In this document: positions 41,959 through 52,375 of the stretch, piece by piece
Layout of the letters: each line of letters starts with the position of its first letter
Numbering within the stretch: the first letter of the stretch is position 1
Assembly (NCBI GenBank): GCA_000002445.1
Contig: CM000208.1
Location: 2,176,001-2,240,000 of the forward strand
Source: Trypanosoma brucei
Taxonomy: Eukaryota
Direction: 5' to 3'
DNA: 64,000 nt
The notes under the pieces: generated by a model
Seen by the model: the letters and a program-made list of their open reading frames with translations, nothing else
What the model was told of the DNA's origin: nothing
The model's database searches: none
Program-made: the position numbers and the translations under genes

Positions 41959-44202
41959 ATGGCAAAAACACTTAGCGATGCCTTCCCTGACACGGATGGT
42001 GCCATCTGTCAGTCCTTCTTCCAAAGCACTGATTTTGGTGAAAAGACGTGGCAAGAGGTTGGTCTCTACGCTCAATGCGACGAACGTACGTTTTGGACGG
42101 TGGTTGCCAATCACAAAAATGTGGCGATTGTCCTGAAACAGTTAGTCGATGCGGTTAACACTGCCCACAGCTCTGCCTTCTCCAGAAAGCTTCAACCCAC
42201 TGATGAGAATAGCGTTGTTACAATATTTGTTCGAGTTGCCAGCACCACATCCACCGTGCTTGCGGCTGGCGCAAGTATCTCGAGTCTGGCGAATCGTTTG
42301 ACCGAAATCATTGCCCCGTCGTTACTGGTGTCCGTCTCTGTGATGCTATTACGCCACTCGGGGACGATAGCATCTGCAGCAGTCACTGGACTTATCCTCC
42401 TCAACCCCGCGTACCTCTGTGCAATGCCATCTATCATAAACTCATGGTGTGATGCCACATCTTCTTTGGCCGCACAGTGCTGTAGGGACCTGTCAAGGGG
42501 AAGGCACCAAAGGCTTGCTGGTGATGTTGTCCCTTTTTTCGAGAACGCTTACCGCCACATGAAGCAACTCTGGTCTCTTATGCACTGTGCACCGTTTCTT
42601 GCGGAATATGTGCCACTGTCTCGTGCGCTCAGCTGCCTTCGCGTTGTTGTGGATCTCATCTCACCAGCACTTCAGCATTTTGTCCTCACATGTGACGCAT
42701 TGGTGAATCACCGTGGACAACTTTCAAAGGCTAACTCTGTAATCGTAAATGCTGCCGTAAATACTGCATCTATACTTGTTCTCTTCCGTACATACCGGCT
42801 GGCATATGGCGAGGGACGATCTTATTGCGTGGATCACGTTGTGGAGTCCACATATGAGTCTATCACCGGTTACATTACAAAAAAAGTTTCGGGTGCACCC
42901 GCGCTCCTGCTTTCAAACCCCACGTGGCCGTTAACTTCGGTGCTGCATGAGCTGGTTTTACCCCGCCATGAGGACAGAGACTTTCGGTTGGGGAAGTTGT
43001 TTGGTTTGTTGAATGAGTCCGTTCAGGATAGTAAAGACTTTGCCGATGGGTTCGCGGGGTGTCGCCCTCGGTTCTTTGAAATACTTTTATTGGAGTTAGT
43101 CCACCAGTCGTTTCACATTGATTCGCTTTTGGAGAAACATTTGGTTACTGCTACGGAGGCTGAAGAATGGGGAGCATCCGAGCGCACCATAACACAAGCA
43201 ATTGCGGGTATTGTTGATAAAAGCAAAGGGAGCTGTGCCAGCCCGCCCGGCGATTGTGGTGATATTGTCAACCCACCCATTCCTCCACATCGGCACGGTA
43301 CGTCAAGCAACCCGCTAGTAAATATTGTCCTGGATGTTATGCCACACTTCAACGTTAAGGGTATTGAGGCGGCTTTAAGTTACTACAATAATGATGTTGA
43401 ACACTTTATACTTGATGCTTCAATGGAATATATTGTGCCTCACATTTTTGAGCAGTTGATGGAGCCGGAACCCTCCTTAATTGCGGAGATGTTACGCGAC
43501 GAAGATGATGATACAATGCGTGGAACTGAGGTGCCTCCGGCACAGCAGCACGTCATTACTTCTGAAGACTATGATAATGAACTTGAAGGTGTTGACATAA
43601 ACTTATTAATTGGATGCGACTTGTATGAAGCTATCAATGGTTCCGCTGAGCAAATTAGCTGCAACGACTTCTCCGAAGAATTTCAGTACTCTACGCTGCA
43701 TTCAGGGGACCATGGGCACCACAATGTGGGTGGAACGTTTGAGGTCGATGAAGTGCTCAAGGAGAAGATTCGCATGTTGACAGAGATGATGTACGAAGAT
43801 GAGTATGACGATACACAGGATGGCACGGAGGTTCGTGGACTCGGGAAGCAGTTCAACACAGATGACGTAGAGTCGCTGTCGTCAGGCGAGGAAAGAAATG
43901 AAAACTATGAGGTGACTCATGGAAATGAAGGCGTGGCCACCGAGGATGCATCTGCGGCCCCAACAAGTAGTGATGGCTTTGCAGCTATGCCTTCCAATAC
44001 TGCCACACATCGTCCACGGACACTTTACGACGAGAAGCGGTTTCATATGGATCGAACTAAGCAGCACGACGCACGAGTTAAAGCTGTTAGGGAGGCCAAA
44101 CAAAACACCCCTTCTTATACCAAGAAGAAAAAGACGATGCAAAGGAAGCCGAGGGACAGCGGAGCACTTACCCGTGCTGCGAGGAAAGGCAGATTGGAAT
44201 GA
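41959..44202 (+). CDS. Hypothetical protein with central CUE-like ubiquitin-binding motif and acidic/basic C-terminal tail (747 aa)
   Basis: ATG start. Segment LVNIVLDVMPHFNVKGIEAALSYYNNDVEHFILDAS fits the CUE pattern (MFP-like MPHF, then a helical ...LxxxxNDVExAxxxLL). Acidic DE-rich stretches, then a K/R-rich tail. Confidence 0.6.
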   Translation: MAKTLSDAFPDTDGAICQSFFQSTDFGEKTWQEVGLYAQCDERTFWTVVANHKNVAIVLKQLVDAVNTAHSSAFSRKLQPTDENSVVTIFVRVASTTSTVLAAGASISSLANRLTEIIAPSLLVSVSVMLLRHSGTIASAAVTGLILLNPAYLCAMPSIINSWCDATSSLAAQCCRDLSRGRHQRLAGDVVPFFENAYRHMKQLWSLMHCAPFLAEYVPLSRALSCLRVVVDLISPALQHFVLTCDALVNHRGQLSKANSVIVNAAVNTASILVLFRTYRLAYGEGRSYCVDHVVESTYESITGYITKKVSGAPALLLSNPTWPLTSVLHELVLPRHEDRDFRLGKLFGLLNESVQDSKDFADGFAGCRPRFFEILLLELVHQSFHIDSLLEKHLVTATEAEEWGASERTITQAIAGIVDKSKGSCASPPGDCGDIVNPPIPPHRHGTSSNPLVNIVLDVMPHFNVKGIEAALSYYNNDVEHFILDASMEYIVPHIFEQLMEPEPSLIAEMLRDEDDDTMRGTEVPPAQQHVITSEDYDNELEGVDINLLIGCDLYEAINGSAEQISCNDFSEEFQYSTLHSGDHGHHNVGGTFEVDEVLKEKIRMLTEMMYEDEYDDTQDGTEVRGLGKQFNTDDVESLSSGEERNENYEVTHGNEGVATEDASAAPTSSDGFAAMPSNTATHRPRTLYDEKRFHMDRTKQHDARVKAVREAKQNTPSYTKKKKTMQRKPRDSGALTRAARKGRLE

Positions 44203-44444
44203 TGAATCAGCTGCAGTTTGGCGACGATTTACCCACACCTGGGGGCTTTGTTGCTGCTGTACAGTTTGACTCTTTGACCACATTGTTGGGCGCTCCCAAA
44301 GCCCCAACTTGTTAAAATTTTCAAGGTCGCTACTGTTGCGGCGGCAGCCCTCGGCACAGATTCTTTTCTTATAGCACGCTGTTTCTCCCGCCTGAAATTT
44401 TTTGTCCTAAATGGAAAGTATGAATAAAATAGGCAACAGTTAGC

Positions 44445-45401
44445 ATGTGGCAACGCCTCAGGTTCGACAGGTTGTCCTCTTCGGTGCGACGCACGAACTT
44501 GAATCCCCTCAAACCATGTGCTGCTCTGACCGAGCAGCGTGCCGAACTGCGCAATCTACATCAATACCCCACTGCCCGACACAAAAGTTTAGTTAAAGAT
44601 CGCCTCCGCTTCGCACGAAACTGGTGGTTGACGGGTGGAAATAATTATGAATTAGTTCACGAGGTGGGTCACGAACGAGAGGCAACGGAGTGCTTCGCCG
44701 AATACGCTCAGGACTCCAGCAGGGACGTTTATTTGATGTCAACGAATAGACTTAGCGATTTACCCCCCGGGGACAGACTTAAAGCAATTGTGGGTCTTAT
44801 GCGCTCCCGTTGGGAAGTGAAAGATGCTAACCGCGGTTATGACAAAGCCAAATTGCTACTCCAGGCTTTGGAGTGCTTTAGTGAAATGAAGGCGTCTGGC
44901 CAAATTGGGGACTTTAACTCGCTTCCAGAACCAGACCAAGATACTTTTCTGCAGTACGTTGAGGGTTGCTCGCGGTTTGCTCAAGCATGCTCTCATTCCC
45001 ATCCCGATGCCGTGAGGGTTCTGCTTCGGGCAGCTCAAATTTGTGAGGAGATGCGTTGTGTTGAGAAAAGGGATGAAATGATACAGGTGACGGAAGCAGC
45101 TGCCAATCGAATGGACAGGGCGTATGCCTTTAGTCGTCCCCACGATACTTTGCGTGCTGCGCCTCCATCGTTGCATGAAAACGAGGATTGTGTTCGGTTG
45201 AAGAATACCGAGGAGCTGAGGCGACGATTTGGGAATACTGCTCCACACGTGCTAGAGAAGCCCAAACGTGTGGACTGCCTCCGCATACATCGCAATCGGC
45301 CTCTCCTTTTGCATCCTATGAAGGACAACAACAAACTGTTGGAGCTATCAAAGTTACCCGCGAGGCCAGAGTTTGATTCGTGGACTTCCCATCAAACTTA
45401 G
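44445..45401 (+). CDS. Hypothetical protein (318 aa) with R/S/L-rich N-terminus resembling a mitochondrial presequence
   Basis: ATG start (MWQRLRFDRLSSSVRRTNL...). Complex composition. Confidence 0.5.
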   Translation: MWQRLRFDRLSSSVRRTNLNPLKPCAALTEQRAELRNLHQYPTARHKSLVKDRLRFARNWWLTGGNNYELVHEVGHEREATECFAEYAQDSSRDVYLMSTNRLSDLPPGDRLKAIVGLMRSRWEVKDANRGYDKAKLLLQALECFSEMKASGQIGDFNSLPEPDQDTFLQYVEGCSRFAQACSHSHPDAVRVLLRAAQICEEMRCVEKRDEMIQVTEAAANRMDRAYAFSRPHDTLRAAPPSLHENEDCVRLKNTEELRRRFGNTAPHVLEKPKRVDCLRIHRNRPLLLHPMKDNNKLLELSKLPARPEFDSWTSHQT

Positions 45402-45741
45402 CGTGGCGCATGGCGTATGATCACGGGTTTGCGTATTCACCAAGTCAGTCGGCGTTTCCTCTGGCCAACTTATGGGGCACCTGGCACGTTAGCTAGTGCA
45501 TTATTTTTCCTTTTTATGTGTGCTTTGCGCAAAACACTTCATACTGGTAGTCGGCACTGTGCTTCTGTCACGCACACAAGACAATTATCTGGAAAAAAAA
45601 TGTCTTCTGTCCTTTATTTCTCGTTATTTTTCCTTTCCCTGTCGCTCCTTTGCCTGCGCATACACTTCCAGGGTGCAGTTCTTCGGGTAAAGGAAGTGGT
45701 GGGGAGTGGTTGTGAGGCCGGTTAGCGGAGCGTTAATCAAC

Positions 45742-46455
45742 ATGTCCCGGTACAGTACAGGCATCGAAAATATTCCCTCGCTTTTTGATCTAGCGAGTGC
45801 ACTGACGGGGTTCATTGCAGATTTCACGCAAGTTGTTTTCGGAAACACACAAACTTCCTTTACAGCAGCGGCATTGGAGGAGACTGACCGTGGCAACTAT
45901 GATCCGGTAGCTCGTAGTTGGGAAGGCACGGGCGGCTTAAACTACCGTGTGCCGCTATATCCTATTCCTAGTGAAAGACATACGCGTGAACGAACACGCA
46001 ACATCAAAATTCTTATGGACAACTGTCGGCGGATTTGTGTTGAGGATGAGCTCCCCAGTACAAAAGAGGAACTTCAATTTTGGACTGCCTATCGATTTAT
46101 GAAGTACCAAATGTACCTAACACCTACGTGTGTGATAATGCCACCGCTGTACGTTATGTGGCGCATGTTTCACGATCGCATTCCACGGCCTTTCCGCGGA
46201 CGGACAATACCAGTTACACTTTCACTCGCTCTGGCGGAGCAGTGGGCAGATGCAACATACCCCGGTCATCAGTTCTTGTCGACGGCACTGAGGGCGAAAA
46301 CACCGATGGGTGATGCTGCCAGGGCTGAATGGTTGCGACTTCAACCAATCGACATTCCCTATTACATATACGCTGCCTATCAGTTTCAGCATTTCTTTGG
46401 AAATGTTCCCAAAGAGATTCTGTTTGGTGGGGACATTGCCGGCTATTGCAGCTAA
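45742..46455 (+). CDS. Hypothetical protein (~237 aa)
   Basis: The track start at 45706 is GTG and the first ATG is at 45742 (MSRYSTGIEN...). Aromatic-rich C-terminus. Confidence 0.45.
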   Translation: MSRYSTGIENIPSLFDLASALTGFIADFTQVVFGNTQTSFTAAALEETDRGNYDPVARSWEGTGGLNYRVPLYPIPSERHTRERTRNIKILMDNCRRICVEDELPSTKEELQFWTAYRFMKYQMYLTPTCVIMPPLYVMWRMFHDRIPRPFRGRTIPVTLSLALAEQWADATYPGHQFLSTALRAKTPMGDAARAEWLRLQPIDIPYYIYAAYQFQHFFGNVPKEILFGGDIAGYCS

Positions 46456-47370
46456 TTATACTAGTGTGAAGGAAAGCAGGGGAGAACCTGATACCATCTG
46501 GAGTACCCTAATTTTTGGAGAGCAGTTGCGGTTTTCGTGATGCTTCTTTTTCCCCACCGTCACACCGAGTTACAAGAATTACGTGCCATTATGGGGGTGA
46601 TCGTCACAGTACGTTACTGTTATCGTTCGTGTTGTTTCGCGCCTGTCGACTGTTACCAATTATTTTTATTCGTTTGCGTTCGGTGGAGTGTTGGTCTCGC
46701 GGAGACTGGAATGAAGAGTTGACTAACGTTACTGTCACCGTTGGCGTGTGCGTGTCGATATTATCTTCTGGGTTGGGGAAGCCATATCACGGCGAGGGGA
46801 ATAGGATAAAGGTGGAAATTCGGAAGAAACAAGACATATACACTTACTGTACAGATGCTGATGCTTCACTTTCGTGGTTGCCTTGTTTTTGTTATCGGAA
46901 CGGGAGAGTGTCGCCCTTTCCGGCACACAACGATGAGCGTTTTCTAACTTCATGGGAACTGCGCGAAAGTTGATAATAGGACATTTTGTATTAATGCCAT
47001 TTGATGATTCCATCTACTCTCTGGGCCGAAGTCACAACCGGCAGGCTAGCGTGGTTAAAATCAGCCGGCAGAGCTACTTTGCGGGGTTTATCTGCTTTTT
47101 ATTGGTTTGTTTTGGTGCGCCCCCTCCGCGTCTGCATTTATTATGGTTACAGTGTGTCCGCTGTGGTGGTGGCCTGGTGTGTTACGACATGTTCTTGGTC
47201 CCGATACTTCCGGTTTTTACCGCTTTGTGTCTTGTCACATAATGTGCACCTTGCAAAGGGTGGATATTCATGATCTGCCTTTATCAGGAGTTTCACTATT
47301 TTTTTATGTATGTTATAGGACGAGGCTCTGTGTGGATTGCTGAATTCTGGTGCATGTGTGCGGGCGAGTG

Positions 47371-47500
47371 CTTTTTCTAACAGTTTTCCTTCGCCTTTCT
47401 TTCTTTTATTTTTCCCTGCTCTCAGGTACACCTCCCCCTCATTAATACTTTTTTCATTCGTCAACGTTGTTGCATTAATACGAGTTCTGCCACCGTTCAG
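47371..47500 (+). promoter_or_regulatory. Polypyrimidine tract ending in CAG immediately before the helicase ATG: candidate trans-splice acceptor region
   Basis: C/T-rich 47371-47424 and 47440-47497, with CAG at 47498-47500 followed by GTATATG. Confidence 0.55.
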
Positions 47501-47504
47501 GTAT

Positions 47505-49574
47505 ATGTTGAATGAACGGCGGCCTCAGGTGCATTTACCCGTGACGGAGGCTCGCGCCGCAATTGTCCGCATGATTCGCCGCCATAATGCCGTTGTTATT
47601 GTAGGTGAGACGGGTTCAGGAAAGACAACACAAATTCCGCAATATGTGTGGGATGATATCGTCTCAAAGGGGGACGGAGGCATTGTTGGATGCACGCAAC
47701 CACGTCGTGTGGCTGCTGTGAGTATCGCGCGGCACGTCGCACAGCAAAGGGGTGGTAAAGTCGGCGGTGAGGTGGCTTATGCCGTACGATTTGATGACAC
47801 ATGCACAAAAAATACGAAGATAAAGTTCATGACGGACGGTATTCTTTTGCGAGAGATCCAGACGGATCCTGATTTGACGCATTATCGCTGTTTGATTCTT
47901 GATGAGGCACACGAACGAACGCTGCACGGTGATGTACTTTTCGGTCTTCTTAAAGACATTGCCAGACGCAGGAAGAACACACTATCCATTGTCATAATGT
48001 CCGCAACGCTCAACGAGGAGCACTTCTCAAAATTTTGGTGGGATGCGCCGGTTGGCGTGATTCACGGCAGGACTTTTCCGGTAACTATTTATCACACAGT
48101 TGAGCCGCAGGCCGATTATGTGGAGGCAGCTGTGAGTGCCCTTCTACAGATTCACCAACGGGAGGAACCAGGTGATGTTTTGTGTTTCCTTACAGGGAGG
48201 GAGGAAATTGAAGATGCTAAACGGATGCTCGAGCAGCGCATGAAGTTGCTCCCAAATGACATAGGAGATTTTGTTGTTCTTCCGCTTTACTCTGCGATGC
48301 CGTACGAGCAGCAATTGGTTGTGTTTGACCCTGCTCCACCCGGGAAGCGTAAGATAATTATTGCGACAAACATTGCTGAAACTTCTATTACCGTGGAAGG
48401 CATAAAGTACGTGGTGGACAGCGGTGTGGTGAAAGCGAAGCACTACAATTCAAAGACAGGAATGGAAGTGTTGGCAGAAGTTGATGTTAGCAGGGCTCAG
48501 GCGACACAACGTGCAGGACGGGCAGGGCGCGTGGCGGCAGGGAAGTGTTTTCGTCTGTACACCGCTCAGGCCTTTGAATCGCTGCACGAGAACACGGTGC
48601 CGGAAATACAGCGGTGCTCGCTAATTAGCGTAGTGCTGCAGATGAAGAGCCTCAACATTGATCGTATTGCTGACTTTGAGTTCATGGATGCACCGAACCC
48701 GCACGCGTTAACAAAGGCGGAGGAAACACTGATGCTGCTGAACGCTCTGGATAGCGAAGGGTGCGTTACGCCGCTGGGAAAGCGGCTGACCGACTTCCCC
48801 ATTGAGCCAGCAGCAGCTATGGTGCTATTGGCAGGAAAGGCTTTAGGTGTCGAGCGTGAAGCAGTTATTGCTATTGCGATGACAAGCACCGAAAACTTGT
48901 TTGTTACATCCCGTGACATGAAAGAAAGGGCTGACAGGTGCAAAGGGGCCTTTGCGAAGTCCGCAGGAGATCACGCAACTCTGGTTAGCATCTACCAGGC
49001 GTTTAAACATTCACCAAAGGATCAGCGAAAGTTATGGTGCGAGACAAACGCCATCAGCTATCGCCAAATGCTAAAAGTTCAAGATGTTATTACGCAGCTT
49101 ATGGCTATACTTGCTGAGGGTGATGACGAGGAATTGTTAGCTACTTTAGTGCCCAAGTCAGTTCGGCAAGCGCTGTCCCATAAGGCGACGGACGAGAGTT
49201 GTGCCGTCGTCAGTGGGAGTAATGACGACAACACCGTGACGAACGGTTATGACCACCAGTGGGAGCCTGGTGCGAATGGAAGGTCTAGTGGACTAAAGTT
49301 TCGTGATTTTGAGCTTCTTCGTCGCGCGCTTTGTTGCGGTTATTTTCTTAATGTAGCCTTTTACAATGCAAAAATTGGCAACTTCCAAACCGTAGTGGGA
49401 CAGCAGGTGGTGCACATCCACCCCTCATCGGTGCTATTCACGTTGCGAAGAAAGCCAGCATTAGTACTATTCAACAGCGTTGTGCGTACAACAAGACGAT
49501 ATATGCAAAACGTTTCCGTTGTGCAGGAGGCCTGGCTTCGTGAAACATCGTCTTTCTCACGTATGATGTTGTAA
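47505..49574 (+). CDS. ATP-dependent DEAH-box RNA helicase (DHX-type, with C-terminal HA2/OB domains)
   Basis: The track start at 47337 is TTG and runs through a polyY tract. The ATG at 47505 follows CAG. Motifs: GETGSGKTTQIPQY (I), DEAHERT (II), SATLN (III), TGREEIE, IATNIAETSITVEGIKYVVD (V), QRAGRAGR (VI), plus an OB-fold tail. Confidence 0.9.
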   Translation: MLNERRPQVHLPVTEARAAIVRMIRRHNAVVIVGETGSGKTTQIPQYVWDDIVSKGDGGIVGCTQPRRVAAVSIARHVAQQRGGKVGGEVAYAVRFDDTCTKNTKIKFMTDGILLREIQTDPDLTHYRCLILDEAHERTLHGDVLFGLLKDIARRRKNTLSIVIMSATLNEEHFSKFWWDAPVGVIHGRTFPVTIYHTVEPQADYVEAAVSALLQIHQREEPGDVLCFLTGREEIEDAKRMLEQRMKLLPNDIGDFVVLPLYSAMPYEQQLVVFDPAPPGKRKIIIATNIAETSITVEGIKYVVDSGVVKAKHYNSKTGMEVLAEVDVSRAQATQRAGRAGRVAAGKCFRLYTAQAFESLHENTVPEIQRCSLISVVLQMKSLNIDRIADFEFMDAPNPHALTKAEETLMLLNALDSEGCVTPLGKRLTDFPIEPAAAMVLLAGKALGVEREAVIAIAMTSTENLFVTSRDMKERADRCKGAFAKSAGDHATLVSIYQAFKHSPKDQRKLWCETNAISYRQMLKVQDVITQLMAILAEGDDEELLATLVPKSVRQALSHKATDESCAVVSGSNDDNTVTNGYDHQWEPGANGRSSGLKFRDFELLRRALCCGYFLNVAFYNAKIGNFQTVVGQQVVHIHPSSVLFTLRRKPALVLFNSVVRTTRRYMQNVSVVQEAWLRETSSFSRMML

Positions 49575-50075
49575 AGAGCAGTAATTCAGTTAAAATTTTC
49601 CACCTTGATCACAACGGCAGGAAAAGGGGTACCGCGGGGATGTTCGTAACTTTAAGAGGAGTGACGTCTACATCGCCTCCCGCTTAAATAAGCATACGAC
49701 TGCGCCTGCGCATGCATGAATGTATGGGGTAAACATTGGAGGATATGGTCGCAACGTTACATTCGGATAAAAATTGAGCGAGCAGTACAATAAGTATTTT
49801 TGTGTATTTGTAATCTACATAAATACCCCTGTTTTTTCCCCTTGTTAACTACATGTGGAAAGGTATCTTAGGGCTACTTAGTTTGTGTCTCCTCACATGT
49901 GTGCCTGCTCACGCGCATCCATTTTTGCGACTACAAGCCTCCTTTCCCTTCCCTTTCCTTGCATAGCATCCGTTGCATCAACACCGTTGCAACACGGGTC
50001 AGTTGGACATCCATTAGGTAGTTTGGTTCAAATATAACGGGCAGGTGTGAGCCATTTGGTGTAAAGGGTAGTGCT

Positions 50076-52010
50076 ATGGGTTCTTTTACTTCCTGTGACC
50101 AACGCCCAACGGCATCGACTACCGCTGCTCCGCATTCTTATGATGCTGATAAGGTGCTTCGAAACTTTGACACCTCAACCCCCACCGCCGCCGTCATTGG
50201 TGCCGGCATTACGGGTGTGCACATCGCCTACGAACTCGCTCAGTTGGGATTCCGCGTAACAGTTTTCGAGCAACGCCGGGATATTGGCCTTGGTGAAACG
50301 CAATACGCGCTTCCATTTGTTGGTGTCGGTTTGCTTCATCCTTACATTCATTCCATTCGGATGGGTCGCGAGCTGCTATGGTCAAAACTGAAATTGAACT
50401 CGAAAGACATAGTAACTGTTGACTTCTCGTGGAATTTCCTCTTCTCATCCTTCATCCACCGCTGGCTATGGGCGAGGAAGTGGGGTAAGCTGAGAGCAGA
50501 AGAGGTGATGAAGTATACAAACAATTTGGCACGCTTAAGTGTGGGTGTTATTGATGAACTTTCCCACAAACACAAAACCCTTGCACCGTACGTTCTAAGT
50601 CGGAACGTCACTGTGCAGACGTTGGAGGAGGGGCCTCGCGCCGATAAGCGGGAAGCAATACTGCACCAGGCCGCAACAGCCCATCGTCAGCCGTTAATGG
50701 TTGATTTGGTGGGATGGACACGCGAGCTGGCTAAAGTTTGTCGTGAGAAATACGGTGTAGAATTTGCAGTTGGCGAGAAACTTTTGGATTTCAAGACGAC
50801 CCTGTCCTTCGGAGTGGAAGTGGTGTCTGGTCTGCGTTTCTCACGTAACGTTGACGGGCGCGTGGAGTATAAAAACCGGGTCTTTGACGTCGTTGTTCTT
50901 GCCGCCGGTGCACAAACGGGTGAGTTGACGTGGGAGTCGTCACAAATCCCCATCGTTGGATTGGCTGGCTGCTCCGTTGCTCTGCGTCCTGGAGCTGGAG
51001 AGGGAGTTGGGGAGCTTATGGGGAAGTTGCACCTCTCTTCACCCGGTTTGGTTATGGTTTCTCCAGAAAGTCACCTTGTTTGCTACAGGACGTCAGCTAG
51101 TAATGATGCTGGTGGGGAAGTGCTTTTCCTTCAGGGTCTATTGTCTCTGGACTGCACCGTAAGGACTTTGCCACGCGTTGGGAGAATGCTTTCACGCATA
51201 GAGGCACATCTACGGGAGAAGTGCCAGATTAATATCCCGCTTTTGCACCGCTATCGTGAGTGTGGTGGGAGACAACAGCTGGATGATGGTAACACACACG
51301 TTGTGACGAGCAATCCGGTAATGCATGCTGCAGAGTACATTCGTTCTTCTACACCGGACGGCGTTCCGTTCATTGGTGATAACGGTGCCGCGTTTAATTC
51401 TTTCATATGTGCAGGCTTTGGTGATCATGCTGCCGACATGGCTCCAGGTGCAGCAAAAATACTGGCGAAGTTTATCGAATTAAAAGCATGTGCAATGCAA
51501 AGACAGGATGAAAAGACGATGGAGCGCGACGGCTATAATATTGCCGCTGTTATGTCGGACGAGCGCGTGGAGAAAACGCGGCGAGAGCTGCAGTTACTCC
51601 TTAACGGCTGCCAGACTATTGACGATATTCCCCCAGGAGGGGAATTGGAGAACTTTGTGCAGCTTCCGTATTCTTACACACGTTTTGATGGGGTTGTGAA
51701 GGACCAAATCCCCGATGTGGCGCACGTTTCGCTTTTGCAGCGGGTGTCTGACATGGAGAAACGTTTGCTTCAAACTTTTGCTCCCTGGGAGCATTACATC
51801 AACCAGCAGGCTATCAAACTCTCGCGTCGCGATAACGTCCCCGATTGGCTGAGGACCATTGTGTATTACTACTTTCTGGACGAAAGTGACGATCTGGAGA
51901 TGCTGAAGAACAAGCAGAAGTACGTGGAGGGAATTCGCCGTATACGTGAGCAATTTGAGGAAGGTAATGAAACGTCAGCCAGTGGGGCCACTCCGTCATC
52001 GTCATCGTAG
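50076..52010 (+). CDS. FAD-dependent oxidoreductase (DAO/glycine oxidase superfamily) with N-terminal MGSFTSC acylation motif
   Basis: ATG start. Rossmann dinucleotide fold AAVIGAGITGVHIAYELAQLGFRVTVFE. The N-terminus MGSFTSC fits the N-myristoylation consensus (Gly2, Ser6) with an adjacent Cys7. Confidence 0.75.
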   Translation: MGSFTSCDQRPTASTTAAPHSYDADKVLRNFDTSTPTAAVIGAGITGVHIAYELAQLGFRVTVFEQRRDIGLGETQYALPFVGVGLLHPYIHSIRMGRELLWSKLKLNSKDIVTVDFSWNFLFSSFIHRWLWARKWGKLRAEEVMKYTNNLARLSVGVIDELSHKHKTLAPYVLSRNVTVQTLEEGPRADKREAILHQAATAHRQPLMVDLVGWTRELAKVCREKYGVEFAVGEKLLDFKTTLSFGVEVVSGLRFSRNVDGRVEYKNRVFDVVVLAAGAQTGELTWESSQIPIVGLAGCSVALRPGAGEGVGELMGKLHLSSPGLVMVSPESHLVCYRTSASNDAGGEVLFLQGLLSLDCTVRTLPRVGRMLSRIEAHLREKCQINIPLLHRYRECGGRQQLDDGNTHVVTSNPVMHAAEYIRSSTPDGVPFIGDNGAAFNSFICAGFGDHAADMAPGAAKILAKFIELKACAMQRQDEKTMERDGYNIAAVMSDERVEKTRRELQLLLNGCQTIDDIPPGGELENFVQLPYSYTRFDGVVKDQIPDVAHVSLLQRVSDMEKRLLQTFAPWEHYINQQAIKLSRRDNVPDWLRTIVYYYFLDESDDLEMLKNKQKYVEGIRRIREQFEEGNETSASGATPSSSS

Positions 52011-52345
52011 TTGACCTTCCACGACCAGTTGGTATGTGAAAGCTCGACTGTTTTATTCGTGCGGTTTACCTCCTTTCTTTCTCGTTAACACATTTTCCTT
52101 GAGTACATTTTTTGCACCTTGTGTTGACCCTCGCCGGGTATTATTTTTACTTTGGTTTGGCTGATCGCCTCGGTTTCACCTTTTTCTATTCTGATCAAAC
52201 GTCCTTCGATTGTGAGTTGCGTGAAGCGGCAGGGACAGCGTTGCTGTGCACTCCCATTGCGGTTGATTACAATCCTCTGGAGAGTCTACAGGACAAAAGG
52301 GAAACAAGGGGAGGTTGGACACATCAGTGCGACAAGTGTTAAAGT

Positions 52346-52363
52346 ATTATTATTATTATTATT
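52346..52363. repeat. (ATT)6 microsatellite
   Basis: Trinucleotide run immediately upstream of the 52376 ATG. Confidence 0.8.
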
Positions 52364-52375
52364 TTGTAGTGCAAC

